Shown here: one piece after another, positions 28,190 to 40,688 of the stretch
Layout: the number at the start of each line of letters is the position of its first letter
Numbering within the stretch: position 1 is the stretch's first letter
From: Octopus vulgaris
Lineage: Eukaryota
Assembly: GCA_951406725.2 (NCBI GenBank)
Contig: OX597817.1
Coordinates: forward strand, 123,194,001-123,258,000
DNA: 64,000 bases
Reading direction: 5' to 3'
The notes under the pieces: model-generated
The model's database searches: none
Told to the model about the DNA's origin: nothing
Seen by the model: the letters and a program-made list of their open reading frames with translations, nothing else
Position numbers and translations under genes: made by a program

Positions 28190-28660
28190 TTCGTAACTGA
28201 CATGCTATTGCTGAATGAAATTATTTAAATCGCCCATCTTTTGTTGATGGATGATTTCAAGTTATTCGAAAAGAGTGAAAACCAGATGCAGTTTCATTGA
28301 AAACTATTCATTTATTTATTGAAGATATAACAGTGGAATTCAGGACACTTCAAGTGAAAAAGAAGGAGGATTGTGTCAACCTATGGAATAGTGTTATCTG
28401 ATCGTGAAGTAATGAAAGATATTGAGTTGAATAGATACAAGCACTTAAGAATACTAGAAGCCTGTAAGATCAAAGAGACTGAAATAAAAGAAATTATTAG
28501 GAAAAGAATATCTGAGGAGATAATAATAGATGTTGAAGTCAAATTCAAATGAAAGACTTTTAATATTATCAATAACTCAATGGTTGGTGATCGGAAGGTG
28601 GTATTGCTAGTAGTGAAGATACTAAAATGGAATTTGACCTCTAAGCAGTTAGTTACTGCT
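28190..28660 (+). mobile_element. R4/Dong-like LINE RT fragment
   Basis: HLLLMDDFKLFEKSENQM...TIHLFIEDITVEF, YKHLRILEA...EIKEIIRK. Confidence 0.8.
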
Positions 28661-28697
28661 ATTAAAAATATAAGAAAGAAAAGAAAAGAAATCCTCC

Positions 28698-28732
<35 letters not shown>

Positions 28733-28780
28733 CTTCTCATCATCATCATCATTATCATCATCATCACTATCATTATCATT

Positions 28781-28993
28781 AGGCGGTGAGGTGGTAGGAT
28801 CGTTAGTGCGCTGAATGAAATGCTTAGCGGTATTATACCCGTCGCTACGTTCTGAGTTCAAATTCCGCCGAGGTCAGCTTTGCCTTTCATTTTTTCATGG
28901 TCGACAAAATATGTAACAGTTGAACACTGGAATTGATGAAATCGACCCATCCACTCCCCAAAAATACCTGCCCTTGTGGCAAAATTTGAAACC
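28781..28993 (+). mobile_element. SINE family A, near full length
   Basis: AGGCGGTGAGGTGGTAGGATCGTTAG...GAGTTCAAATTCCGCCGAGG...AAAATTTGAAACC. Confidence 0.8.
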
Positions 28994-29019
28994 GTAATTA
29001 TTCTTATTCCTATTATTAT

Positions 29020-29562
29020 TGAGTGAGAGAGCAGTGCATGTCATCAAAGTGACACTGGGGTAAAATATACGAAGCCTAGTATAGCCAACATGACTACCCA
29101 TCTGGTAAGAGTGCACCAGGCACATGCATCACAGCCATATATGCGCGACGTATTGATCAAGATAAACAGCGCATGACATTGCAGGTGGGGCCCAGTTAGA
29201 ATTCTTTACAGGTCGAGTAGCCTTTCTCGCTCAAAATATCCCTAAATGAGGGTTGTTTAAGGATGTTGAACAAAACACCCATGTTTTCAGAGGTGACTTA
29301 TCCAAACTCCAAAGAATTCCTCTCAACACATGGATATGATGCCCTCCCCCCACTATTTCTGCTCGTGATCAGAGGTGCGCATATCGTCAGCCACTAAGGG
29401 ACATTCTCAACTGGTTAAGGTCAAGCAACTGACATGAAAATCTGTGGTATTGGGCAGAATATTTGCTGTAGCCCATCTTTTATACCAAGCAAAACAATGT
29501 ACATGATAACATTCCAATCAGTTAAGATCAGAAGCCATGAGAGCCACTGCCTGGTATTGCTA
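29020..29562. mobile_element. unclassified interspersed repeat flanked by (TTA)n
   Basis: GC-richer block bounded by ATTATTATT on both sides; no ORF. Confidence 0.35.
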
Positions 29563-30414
29563 TTATTATTATTATACAAGAAAGTAAGAAACATACACTC
29601 GCTTATACATGCATGCATACATGCATGTATACATAATAAATAAATGCATACATACATACATGCATACATGCGCACACATACATACGTACATACATGTATA
29701 CATGCATACATATATGTCTCAGTGTGTTTGTGACATGTAATATTTGTATTTGTTATTAAACACACGCTTTAAGGTACAGTGTTAACGCATGAACTTTTAT
29801 GTAACTTTGTATAGATGCACAATGGATAGCTATGTGCCACAAAATTGTTATGGAAAGAATATTGATAGTCGTTTTTGGATGATTATCTTTAAAGACGGCA
29901 ATCACATTGTGCTAATATCACAATTTTCCCCGCAGAAGTGAAAACCTGTAATAAGACCAAATACAACCACTTCGTTCATTTTTTTTTATGATGAAACTAA
30001 AATTGTATCTGTATCAAAGATCATATACAATACATTTCAAATTATCCAAAGACGATACATAGAGCATTAAGAAATTATATATTTGTGCGTTTAAACGTAT
30101 ATATTCTATTGTATTCTGCAAGATAGATGTTTATTCCAAACCGGAATCTAACTCTCATGACAGATTGTGTGTTGCGAAGAAGGATGATAAACAGAAGGAA
30201 AATTGTGATGTTTCCTAAAGTCCTCTACAAGAGACTGTTCAGTATCGTCTCTCAACGCAAGATGAAACTGATACTGCACGACATATCGCACTTAACATCA
30301 GTTCTGCAAAGCCATCCTTCGCTGAATATTTCCTTTATATCCGTATAGAAGGCAAATTTGACCATATCACGATTAAAACACAAGGTGCAGGCAGCCATAA
30401 TATAGAGAGCATAA

Positions 30415-30742
30415 AGTGACCAGCTGGAAGAACCAGTAGTATGCCGGGCAAAACGCTTAGAGACGTTTTGTCTGTCATCTCGTTCTTTTGAGTTCAAATT
30501 CCGTCGAGGTTGACGAGCTGGCAGACACGTTAGCGCACCGGGCGAAATGCTTAGCGGTATTTCGTCTGTCGTTACGTTCTGAGTTCAAATTCCGCCGAGG
30601 TCAACTTTGCCTTTCATCCTTTCGGGGTCAATAAATCAAGTACCAATTTCGCATTGGGGGGCGATATAATCGACTCAATCCCTTCGTCTGTCCTTGTTTG
30701 TCCCCTCTATGTTGAGCCCCTTCTGGGCAGTAAAGAAATATA
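30415..30742 (+). mobile_element. SINE family A, doubled head
   Basis: An older head ending CCGTCGAGGTTGAC is followed immediately by a younger full copy. Confidence 0.75.
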
Positions 30743-31180
30743 TTTTTTCGGTGTCGATAAAATATAAGTACCAGTGAAGTATTGCGGTCGATGTAATCGA
30801 ATTACCCATTTCCTTGAACATGTTGGTATTTATCAGGTGTAAAGCTATTTTCTCAGAGTGAAAATCTCGTGTCAATGCACTTGTCAAACCTGATAAGTGC
30901 ATTTGCACGAAAATCTGGGTCTCTAAGGCATTCAACTTCTTTCACTGCTAATAAATAATATACATAATCTCCAATTCATATATTGAGTTCTATTTATATT
31001 GCTTGTGAAACACACACACACACACACACACGTGTGTGTGCGTGTGACTGTGAGTGTGGATTTGTTTGAGGACACAAATACACACATATATATGTGTGTG
31101 CGTGTATATACATATATTTACATAAGTATATGTTTGTGCGCATATATCTATATATGTATGTGTATCTCTCTCTCTCTATA

Positions 31181-31214
<34 letters not shown>

Positions 31215-32569
31215 TGTTTTGTTATATATATATATATATAAATATATGTTTACTTACATACACACATATATATATATAGATGGATGGATGGATGGATGGA
31301 TGGGTGGATGTATGCATGTATACACATCCTCATACACATAACTCATAACTAGATGCAAATTAATAAATGTTCTTGATCTCATGAAAGAATTCACACATAA
31401 GAAGATCGAATAATTATCGAAAGTATTTCTCTCTTTGTTTTTATTTGTTTTTACTTTCTCTGTTTCCTTTTTTTATTCGTCATCTATTTATTACTATTAT
31501 TAATATTACTATTTTTATTTTGCTCCTTTCAGACAATGCTTTTGATCATCCACTGTTGTCCTAGAGACATTCGTAATATGACCAATTTTGTTTTCTCGAC
31601 AAAAGAAAAGAAAAGAAAAGAAAAAAAAAATAAAGAAACCATAAAGAGACGGAAAGGGAAAAAATTCCTCATGATTAGATTTCCTGTCATAATTATTTTT
31701 CTTTCCGTTGGTTATCCTAATTGTTCTTTTGTTGGTTTTTCTTTTGTCTTTCGTTTATTTTTTTTGTATTGTTATTTTTGAACGTTGATCATCTCTAATG
31801 TTTTCTATGCTCTCTCTTGTCTAATTGGTACACGTTGAACCAGATGATATACTATCGTATCAAGTTACTCCTAGGTATCTTTACGAGGTTGTCTAGATAG
31901 CTTTAATTAAAGTGACATCAACTGAAAGTAAAGAAAAAAAACGTATGTTTTCTTTAATTAAAAAAAAGGAAATTTTGAATGAATTAAGAGTAATACTTTA
32001 AAATTAATAATTATTTTTAACATTCATATTAATTTTTTAAAATTAATCCGTCTGTCTGACCAGTCATCAGTGTCGTCACCATCATCATCATCATCATCAC
32101 CACCACCACCACCAACACCATGACCATTATCATCATCATTTTATTAACATCACCACCACCACCACTACCACCACCATTGCATTTGTTATCAACGTCGTCA
32201 TCATTACGAACGGCAGAAATGATGAACAGTGTTTTAATGTCCATTTATCCGTATTTGCATATATCATGTTCACTCAAATAAGCGTGTATGTATGTGTTCG
32301 TGCGCCGACTGGTTAAAATATTTACTTTGTAAATCGTGCTGTCTCGGGTTCATATCTACTGTAATACAACTTCGGTTACGTCTCCTATAATGATCTTGAC
32401 TAGAGTCGGGACTTGTAACAAAACTGGAACGACGGAAGCTATGCGGACCACCATCCAGTATTTCAGAGAGCAAGCCTTGTCACATGCAGTACCGTAGTGT
32501 GTTTGCTCCAGTATGAAGTTAATACTAATTTGTTTGGGGGAATACTCCTCCATATACAATATGCATTGT

Positions 32570-32785
32570 GGAGGCACATGGTTTGCTGGTCAAGGTATTG
32601 TGGTTTCGATCCCAGAACCGGGCAATGCCTGTTTTCTTGAGCAAAACACTTCATTTCCCGTTGCTTCCGTCTGTTCAACTGGCAAAAAGGAGCAGTCCTG
32701 CGATGTGCCGACGTCCTGTCCAGAGGGGACTATATACGCTATGGAAACCGGGAAATCAGCCCTTATGAATCTATAAGACGTAGAA
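32570..32785 (+). mobile_element. SINE family B-related copy
   Basis: GGAGGCACATGG...GGTTTCGATCCC...TTCTTGAGCAAAACACTTCATTTC. Confidence 0.6.
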
Positions 32786-32792
32786 AGGAGCT

Positions 32793-32826
<34 letters not shown>

Positions 32827-32842
32827 ACTCTCACTCACTCTC

Positions 32843-32942
<100 letters not shown>

Positions 32943-33114
32943 TAAATATTTGTTGTGCAAGATTTTTTATGTGAAGTCGTGTGTTGAAACAGATATTGTT
33001 GTATTTCGGAATGGTCATTTTGCCAGTTTAGCCAATAAAAACACACGCACTATATATTTGGTGTTACTTTGCTTCAGTGTTATTTATTTTTTACATTAAT
33101 CTTAATCTTATTTC

Positions 33115-33159
33115 GGCCAGAGTTCTTTCGTCACACTCCTGTGACCGCATCAGTGGTCC
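33115..33159 (-). ncRNA. type-I hammerhead-like motif (left arm)
   Basis: Exact reverse complement of 33969-34013. Confidence 0.6.
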
Positions 33160-33968
33160 TTTGTTTTCTTCTTACTTATTTGTGTCTCTCCTTACTAACC
33201 GTCAGCCATTTTGTAGTTCTATTGTATGTCTTCCTTTGCGCATGCTTATATCTCTACGTGCGTTTATGTTTATTTAGTGTGTGTATGTGGGGGATGCCTG
33301 TAATATTTGTATCTTCTGTTTATATATGTTCATGTAATTTGTAATTTTATATGTTCATGTAATTTGTATTTTGTTTTTTGTTTTTTGTTTTTGTTGTTTT
33401 TGTTTATTCTTATTTTGTTCATGTGTTTACATCCACACCATTTATTATGTTTTCAGGATAGAGGATCCTGAAAACATAATAAATACACAGATAGATAAAT
33501 AAATAAACTAATAAAAATAAATAACTATATATATATGTATATGTATATGTATATATATATATATGTATATATATATTTTTTTTTTCGATTCAATTTATTA
33601 TTATTATTACTAGTATTGTTGTTATACATACATACATACATACATACATACATACATACATACATACAAGCATATGTAATGATAATAATGGGTGGATGTA
33701 GACACATGAACAAAATAAGAATAAACAAAAACAACAAAAACAAAAAACAAATAACAAAATACAAATTACATGAACATATAAAATTACAAATTACATGAAC
33801 ATATATAAACAGAGGATACAAATATTACAGGCATCCCCCACATACACACACTAAATAAACATAAACGCACATAGAGATATAAACATGCGCAAAGGAAGAC
33901 ATACAATAGAAATACAAAATGGCTGACGGTTAGTAAGGAGAGACACAAATAAGTAAGAAGAAAACAAA

Positions 33969-34013
33969 GGACCACTGATGCGGTCACAGGAGTGTGACGA
34001 AAGAACTCTGGCC
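33969..34013 (+). ncRNA. type-I hammerhead-like motif (right arm)
   Basis: GGACCA-CTGATGC-G-GTCAC-AGGAGT-GTGAC-GAAA-G-AA-CTC-TGGCC: stems I, II and a minimal stem III, CUC cleavage triplet, A9>C variant. Confidence 0.6.
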
Positions 34014-34134
34014 GAAATAAGATTAAGATTAATGTAAAAAATAAATAACACTGAAGCAAAGTAACACCAAATATATAGTGCGTGTGTTTTTATTGGCTAA
34101 ACTGGCAAAATGACCATTCCGAAATACAACAAAT

Positions 34135-34184
<50 letters not shown>

Positions 34185-34185
<1 letters not shown>

Positions 34186-35690
34186 TAGCAGAGGCACCCG
34201 GCGTTGCCCGGAATGAAATTTTTCCTTACATATTGGGAAAAATTCAAAATTTGTTGTATAGAAATTTGTTATTCTTTAATTGGGAAATCCATTCTGAATT
34301 CATTATATAAAATAGCAATAATAATAATAATAATAATAATACACGAAAATAGAAAATTTACCGATTTTATGAAAAGATAAATTCTGTCACATATGTTAAA
34401 GGAAGTTATGTAAGTGCTTCTGAGTAAACAACATTCTGTGTTTTCTGGTTTGGAGCATAGACAAATAAGTCTTGCAAAGTACCTATCCTGGAGCAACCAA
34501 CCTAATTTTGACCATGAGAAAAGCAAGTCAGTAGATTTCAAAGACTAGCCTTGAGCTTTATTAATAGACATTGTAAAGCAAAGTCGCACTGGGAATCGTC
34601 TTCGTTTGATCTCGAATGTCATGTCTGTTGGTTTGATTGGAATTCTTGAAATAAAAACCTCTTCCCCAGAGGCACATCCAGTGATGAGCGTAGCTTCTGT
34701 CACATTAGGTGATAATGTATTCACAATCAACTTTGTCCCATTGTATAATTTAGGAGGATCTAAATTTCTTAGAAGCTTTATTGGGATTCCTACCTTTACA
34801 AACAGTTTATGCAGAGGAATTCCAGGTGGTCCAAGAGAATTAAGGAACTATGTTGGGTAATGGACAGCTTGATTTTCATGAAGGACTGAATCAACAGATT
34901 TGTAATTGTTAATGACTGTTGGAATCTTATTCATTAATTCATGGTTAATCCTTGCTACTGTCATTTTTTGGAATAAGAATTGTCCTTTCACACAACCATT
35001 TATAAGAATTATAATTGTTACTTAAGTCTGGCAATATCCTGATCTTCAATTCAGCTGGAGAATTCACCATAATAGAAATATGAGCTAAATTGATATCACA
35101 ATTCCCATCAAATGGTACTTTCTCATTTCCTAATTGGAGGAGCCAGGTTGAAAACTGTTTTGCACATTGGTCCCCATGTAATGAGGCTCGTACGTTAGTA
35201 TTGAAGGAGAACTACAGTACTTTATTCCATGCTTTTATTTCATCAGTTCTTTTTCGTATCAGAATGACTGGGAATGTCTGTCTCAAGTCTCTTGATAAAA
35301 CTAATGTAACTCCTCCCATAGATTTATTGTTGCTTCTGATGTCCTGTAAGGTCTTACCAAGAACTTCTATTGAACCTCTATGTGGCATGGTGCATTCATC
35401 CCAAATGATAAGGTGACATTGGCACAATAATTCTGCTGAACTCGAATCTTTGCTTATGCTGCATATTCGACTGTCACTTGTGACCAGGTTTAGTGGTAAT
35501 TTAAAAGCAGAATAAGCTGTTCATCTTCCTGGAAGAATGGAGGCAGCAATGCCGGACAATGGTACGGCAACTGCAATTTCTCTGTTATTGCCTTAACTTG
35601 GAGAGAAGCAATGTTACAAATGTTTTACCTGTGTCATTAGAAGCATCAAGAAAGAAAATTCCTCTGCATTTTTATGACGATTGTGGAAAG
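34185..35690 (-). mobile_element. Helitron 3' half with decayed PIF1-like helicase
   Basis: IIWDECTM...MGGVTLVLSRDLRQTFPVI; [18 protein letters not shown]; [16 protein letters not shown]; 3' hairpin CCGGGCAACGCCGGG followed by CTAG. Confidence 0.92.
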
Positions 35691-35999
35691 CTGCACGCAC
35701 ACATACACCCTCCCCACACACGCACGCACATACATAGACAGAGATGCATGTACATACAGTATCAAACATCAAGTGAACTGGATGTGTGCATGTGTGTCCG
35801 TGAGAGAGCGAATGAAGGTGTGTGTTGCCATGTATACGTACATACATAAATAAACAGGCATACATCTTTCTTTTATGTATGTGTGCGTGTGTGTATGTGA
35901 GAGAGAGAGAGAGAGAGAGAGAGAGTACCACTTAGATATCACTCTCTCTCTCTCACACATACATACAAAAAAGATGTATGCATATGTATTTATGTATGA

Positions 36000-36135
36000 C
36001 ATGTATTTATACATATACTTATACATGTATTTATACATGTATAATATAATACATGTATTTATACATGTATTTATAATACATGTATTTATACATGTATTTA
36101 TAATACACGTATTTATACATGCATTTATACATGAC
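36000..36135. repeat. minisatellite of ATACATGTATTT/ATAATACATGTATTT units
   Basis: Directly visible (INTCI pseudo-repeat in the ORF track). Confidence 0.85.
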
Positions 36136-36435
36136 AACACGCCACTCACACACACATAGATAAATGTATACAAACGTACATACAAAAAGACATGTGTGCG
36201 CGTGTGACTAATTACAAATACATAGAGTTGAAACGGCGTGAAAAAGAAAATAACTTTTAAAATTTTCACGGAAATTAACGAAGTGTCCGAATTCAAGCAA
36301 AATAATACCCTTTTTTTTGGGGGGGGGATACCCCATATTGAATTGCAAAATTTTAACCTGATATTTGTGTAATAAACAAATTAAACCGGAATGTGTATGT
36401 GTGAGTGAGAGAGAGAGAGAGGCATACAGACAGAC

Positions 36436-36472
<37 letters not shown>

Positions 36473-36962
36473 ATTGCAAGCAATGAATGAGATAGACATG
36501 GAATGAAAAAAAATCGTATAAATAAAAGCACGTTAAAAACTATCTTGTACCGAATATTTAAATTTGTGAACTTAGTAAATACTTTATCATCGTTGTTTAT
36601 CATCGTTGTTTACAAATAGCGAATTAAACTCGAAATGAAAACATTAAAATTAGTCAGGGACTGACTTCGTCGTTTTTTCGTCAATACCGGAACTTGACAT
36701 TGAGAAACCTTTTTAAAGAAGTGAATGTAATAATATATAAAAATCAAGCAATATTTTTTTTATTTTCTAACAAAAAAAAAACAACAAAAAAACAAAATCG
36801 AAGGAAGAACTTATAATTTGTTCGAAGTGGAATTATTCATGCATCATAAGTATGGAAGCAATTGGTAAAGCCGTTTTCGCGTGAAAAGTGAATAAACAAC
36901 CATCTCTATTTGATATATATATATATATACATACATATATATATACATATATATCTATATAT

Positions 36963-37069
<107 letters not shown>

Positions 37070-37110
37070 TAGATATATATTTTATATATATATATATATA
37101 TATACATGTG

Positions 37111-37442
37111 TGGAGGCGCAATGGCCCAGACCGGGCATTGTGAGTGTTTATTGAGCAAAAACACCTAAAGCTTCACAAGGCTCCTGCAGCGGGTGGTGGT
37201 GAACCCTGCTGTACTCTTTCACCACAACTTTCTCTCACTCTTTCTTCCTGTTTCTGTTGTACCTGTATTTCAAAGGGCCAGCCTTGTCACACTCTGTGTC
37301 ACGCTGAATCTCCTCGAGAACTACGTTAAGGGTACACGTGTCTGTGGAATGCTCAGCCACTTGCACGTTAATTCCACGAGCAGGCTGTTCCGTTGGTCGT
37401 ATCAGCTGGGACCCTCATCGTCGTAACCGACGGAGTGCTCCT
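37111..37442 (+). mobile_element. SINE family B copy with head deletion
   Basis: Homologous to 44855-45234(-) but lacks ~50 bp of the tRNA head. Confidence 0.85.
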
Positions 37443-37501
37443 ATATATATATACATGCATATATATATATATGTATGTATGTATATGTATTTATGTAGAC
37501 A

Positions 37502-37542
<41 letters not shown>

Positions 37543-37587
37543 AGAGAAAGACAGAGACAGAGAGACGTGTTTTACATTATAATATTT

Positions 37588-37870
37588 GAGGGCGCATGGC
37601 GCTTAGTTGTTAGGATGTCGAACTTGCGATCGCGAGATCGTGGTTTTCAATACCTAGACCTAGTGGTGCATTGTCTTCTTGCACAAAACACTTCATTTCA
37701 CGTAGCTCTACTATCACCTCGACACCTGACTTGTGGTACACCGTGCACTTGTCCAGGAAACGTAAATTTGATGGAAGACGATACATTTGATCACTATAAA
37801 GAAATCATTTGTATAGGTTGTTCTGCAAAAGCTGAAACCCCAGACGTCGTCTTCAACATGAGAGTCCTTT
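37588..37870 (+). mobile_element. SINE family B-related copy
   Basis: GAGGGCGCATGGCGCTTAG...GGTTTTCAATACC...CAAAACACTTCATTTCACG. Confidence 0.6.
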
Positions 37871-37897
37871 AAACGTTATAATATTTACTGATACTAT

Positions 37898-38835
37898 CGG
37901 CGGTGAGCAAGCAGAAACGTTAGCACGCTGAGTGAAATGCTTAGCGCCATTTCGTCTGTCTTTACGTTCTTAGTCCAAATTCCGTCAAGGTCGAGTTTGC
38001 TTTCCCCCCTCCGGGGTCGTTAAGTTAAGTACCAGTTGCGTACTGGGGTCGATCTAATCGATTGCCACCTCCCACAAAAATCTAGGGCATTGTGCCGAAA
38101 GTAGAAAAGATTCTTTAAAGGTAGCGAGCTGGCAGAATCGTTATCGCGCCGGGTGAAATGCTTAGCGATATTTCGTATGCCGTTACGTTCTGAGTTCAAA
38201 TTCCACCGAGGTCGACTTTGCCTTTCATCATTTCGGAGTCGACAAATTAAGTACCAGTTACGCAATGGGGCCGATATAATCGACTTAATCCGTCTGTCTG
38301 TCCTTGTTTGTCTCCTCTGTGTTTAGCCCCTGGTGGGTAGTAAAGAAATAGGTATTTCATCTGCCGTTACGTTCTGAGTTCAAATTCCGCCGAGGTCGAC
38401 TTTGCCTTTCATCATTTCGGAGTCGACAAATTAAGTACCAGTTACGCACTGGGGTCGATATAATCGACTTAATCCGTCTGTTTGTCCTTGTTTGTCTCCT
38501 CTGTGTTTAGCCCCTTATGGGTAGTAAAAAACAGGTATCTCTTAGTCCAAATTCCGCCGAGGTCGACTTTACCTTTCATCCTTTCGTCGTCGACAAATTA
38601 AGTACCAGTTACGCAATGGGGTCGATATAATCGACTTAATCCGTGTGTCTGTCCTTGTTTGTCTCCTCTGTGTTTAGCCCCTTATGGGTAGTAAAAAAAC
38701 AGGTATCGCCGAGGTCGACTTTACCTTTCATCCTTTCGTCGTCGATAAATTAAGTACCATTTGCGTAATGGGGTTGATGTAATCGACAGGCGCTCTGCTC
38801 CAAAATGTCGGACCTTGTGTCTAATGCAGAAAAGA
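37898..38835 (+). mobile_element. tandem array of SINE family A units
   Basis: Five GAGGTCGACTT-type cores (near 37988, 38208, 38392, 38559, 38711). Confidence 0.9.
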
Positions 38836-38898
38836 ATATATACTAATGACTTATAGGTACGTGGTATTTCGTTATGCAACCATAATATACTATAAATA

Positions 38899-40118
38899 CA
38901 GGGGTTGGACAAAATAACAGCTACACCTAGCATCACAGTGTCATAATTTTGAGATATCTATAAAACCGTCAAAAGCTTGTTCCCTTTTATGTTTTCGATC
39001 TATTATTAGTGTTGCTTAATATGTCTGGCTAAAATTGCTGTTTCTTTTCAGATATCATCAGAAAAAGGTAATTAAAATTCATTAAAATGACATATCTGTC
39101 GGACTTTCAAAGAGGTCAAATTGTTGGTGCTTGTTATGGCAAGCGCTAGCGTATCGGAAGCAGGCTTTTGAGAAAGATGGGAAAATCTCTTCGTCGAAAA
39201 TAAATCTCTGGAAGAAAACCAAAACTTTCAGATAGAGACCGTCGGACTCTTACGTAAATTGTTAGAAAGGATCACAAAAGTATAGCTCCCAAAACTGCTG
39301 TAGAGCTTAATGGCCGCCTCGAGAACCCAGTTTCCACAAAATCTGTTTGCCGGGTGCTGCATAAAGCCGGATTTCACGGGAGGGCTGCAATCAGAAAACC
39401 ACTACTTTCAAAAACAAACATTTGCAAAGCGTATAGAGTGGAGTATAAACCTACTGAATTGGTCCCTAGATAAGTGGAAGAATGTTATTTTCTCAGATGA
39501 GTCATCCTTTACCTTATTTCCGACAACTGGCCGAGTATACGTGTGGAGACAGCCAAAAGAAGCATTTGACCCAAACTACCTTCTTCCAAATGTTAAACAT
39601 GGAAGAGGATCTGTGATGATCTGGGGTGGAGGCTATATCTTGGAAATCCGCCGGCTCAATGGTTTCCTTCCCTTCATGGCAGAATTAATAGTCAAGACTA
39701 TTTAAGAATTTTATCTGATCGAATTAACCCTATAGTTGCGGAACTGTTTCCGGAGGAAAATGCAATCTTTCAGGATGATAATGTACCAATTCACAGCGCT
39801 AAAGTTGTTACTGAATGACACGAGGAACGTTGTAGTGAAGTTGAACATCTTATCTGGCCATCACAGTCCCCATATCTCAATATTATTGAACATTTATGGT
39901 GCATTTTAGGAAAACAAAGAGTCGATATCCTTTACCATCATCACTACAAGATGTTTTAGCTGAAGAATGGACAAAAATTCCTTTGGAAACATTTCAAACT
40001 TTGTATGAGTCCATACCTCGTAGAATTTAAGCTGTAATTACTGCCAAATGCGGTCCTACCCCATATTAAAATAAATTTGTTTGAAATTTTAAGGTGTTTC
40101 CATTTTGTTCAACCTCTG
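38899..40118 (+). mobile_element. full-length Tc1 (DD34E) transposon, transposase pseudogene (~39086-40068)
   Basis: TA|CAGGGGTTGGACAAAAT and ATTTTGTTCAACCTCTG TIRs; MTYLSDFQRGQIVGA, WKNVIFSDES, KHGRGSVMIWG, FQDDN, WPSQSPYLNIIEHLW, GPTPY*; frameshifts present. Confidence 0.93.
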
Positions 40119-40388
40119 TTTATCAAACTTTTTTATAAGTAAATACTGTGTTCTACTGTGTTGGGAGTGCTATTACATCATATGTTGTACAGATATTGTT
40201 TAGAAATTAATGCAAACACTGATTCTTGTTACTACATTTCGTATACGAAACGTCAGATGTAAACAATGACATCGAAGATGAAAAATGAGTAATAGGAATA
40301 TATGCCATATTTGGGTTTTATTATTTTTTTTTGTCTCTTCATCAGCACCAATCTAGCCCAATAATTATCCTCCAACAGTACTTTATAG

Positions 40389-40688
40389 TAGTGCTACTCA
40401 AAACGGTGGTCCGCGGGCCGGTGCCGATCTGCGAGGAATAAGCTGCCAGCGAGTCTCCTAAAAAAGAAAGGAACATTATAATATGATTATAAGATGCTTA
40501 TTAAATGTTTATGTAACATTGTATCATTTGTTTACAAAATGAATATACGATAAAAAAGTTAACTTTTATTATATTCATTATATTTATTGTTTCCGGTATA
40601 AATTAATATTACTAAGAAATATTACTGGTCCCTGGCACATTGTGGAAAAACTGCCTGTACGCCACATCAGATGGTTTGAGAAGCACTG
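40389..40688. mobile_element. hAT/Charlie-type MITE
   Basis: TAGTGCTACTCAAA...TTTGAGAAGCACTG termini, subterminal GTGGTCCGCGGGCCG; imperfect 8-bp TSD ending TATAG. Confidence 0.7.

Larger units (their letters stand above)
32996..34132. repeat. long inverted repeat, ~445 bp arms (32996-33442 and 33687-34132); PLE inverted-pLTR-like
   Basis: ORFs 33069-33344(+) and 33784-34059(-) are near identical; about 6 substitutions between arms by eye; (TA)n outside both arms. Confidence 0.95.

Noticed and set aside
38120-38760. CRISPR-like array
   Set aside because: Eukaryotic SINE units of 150-180 bp with no unique spacers
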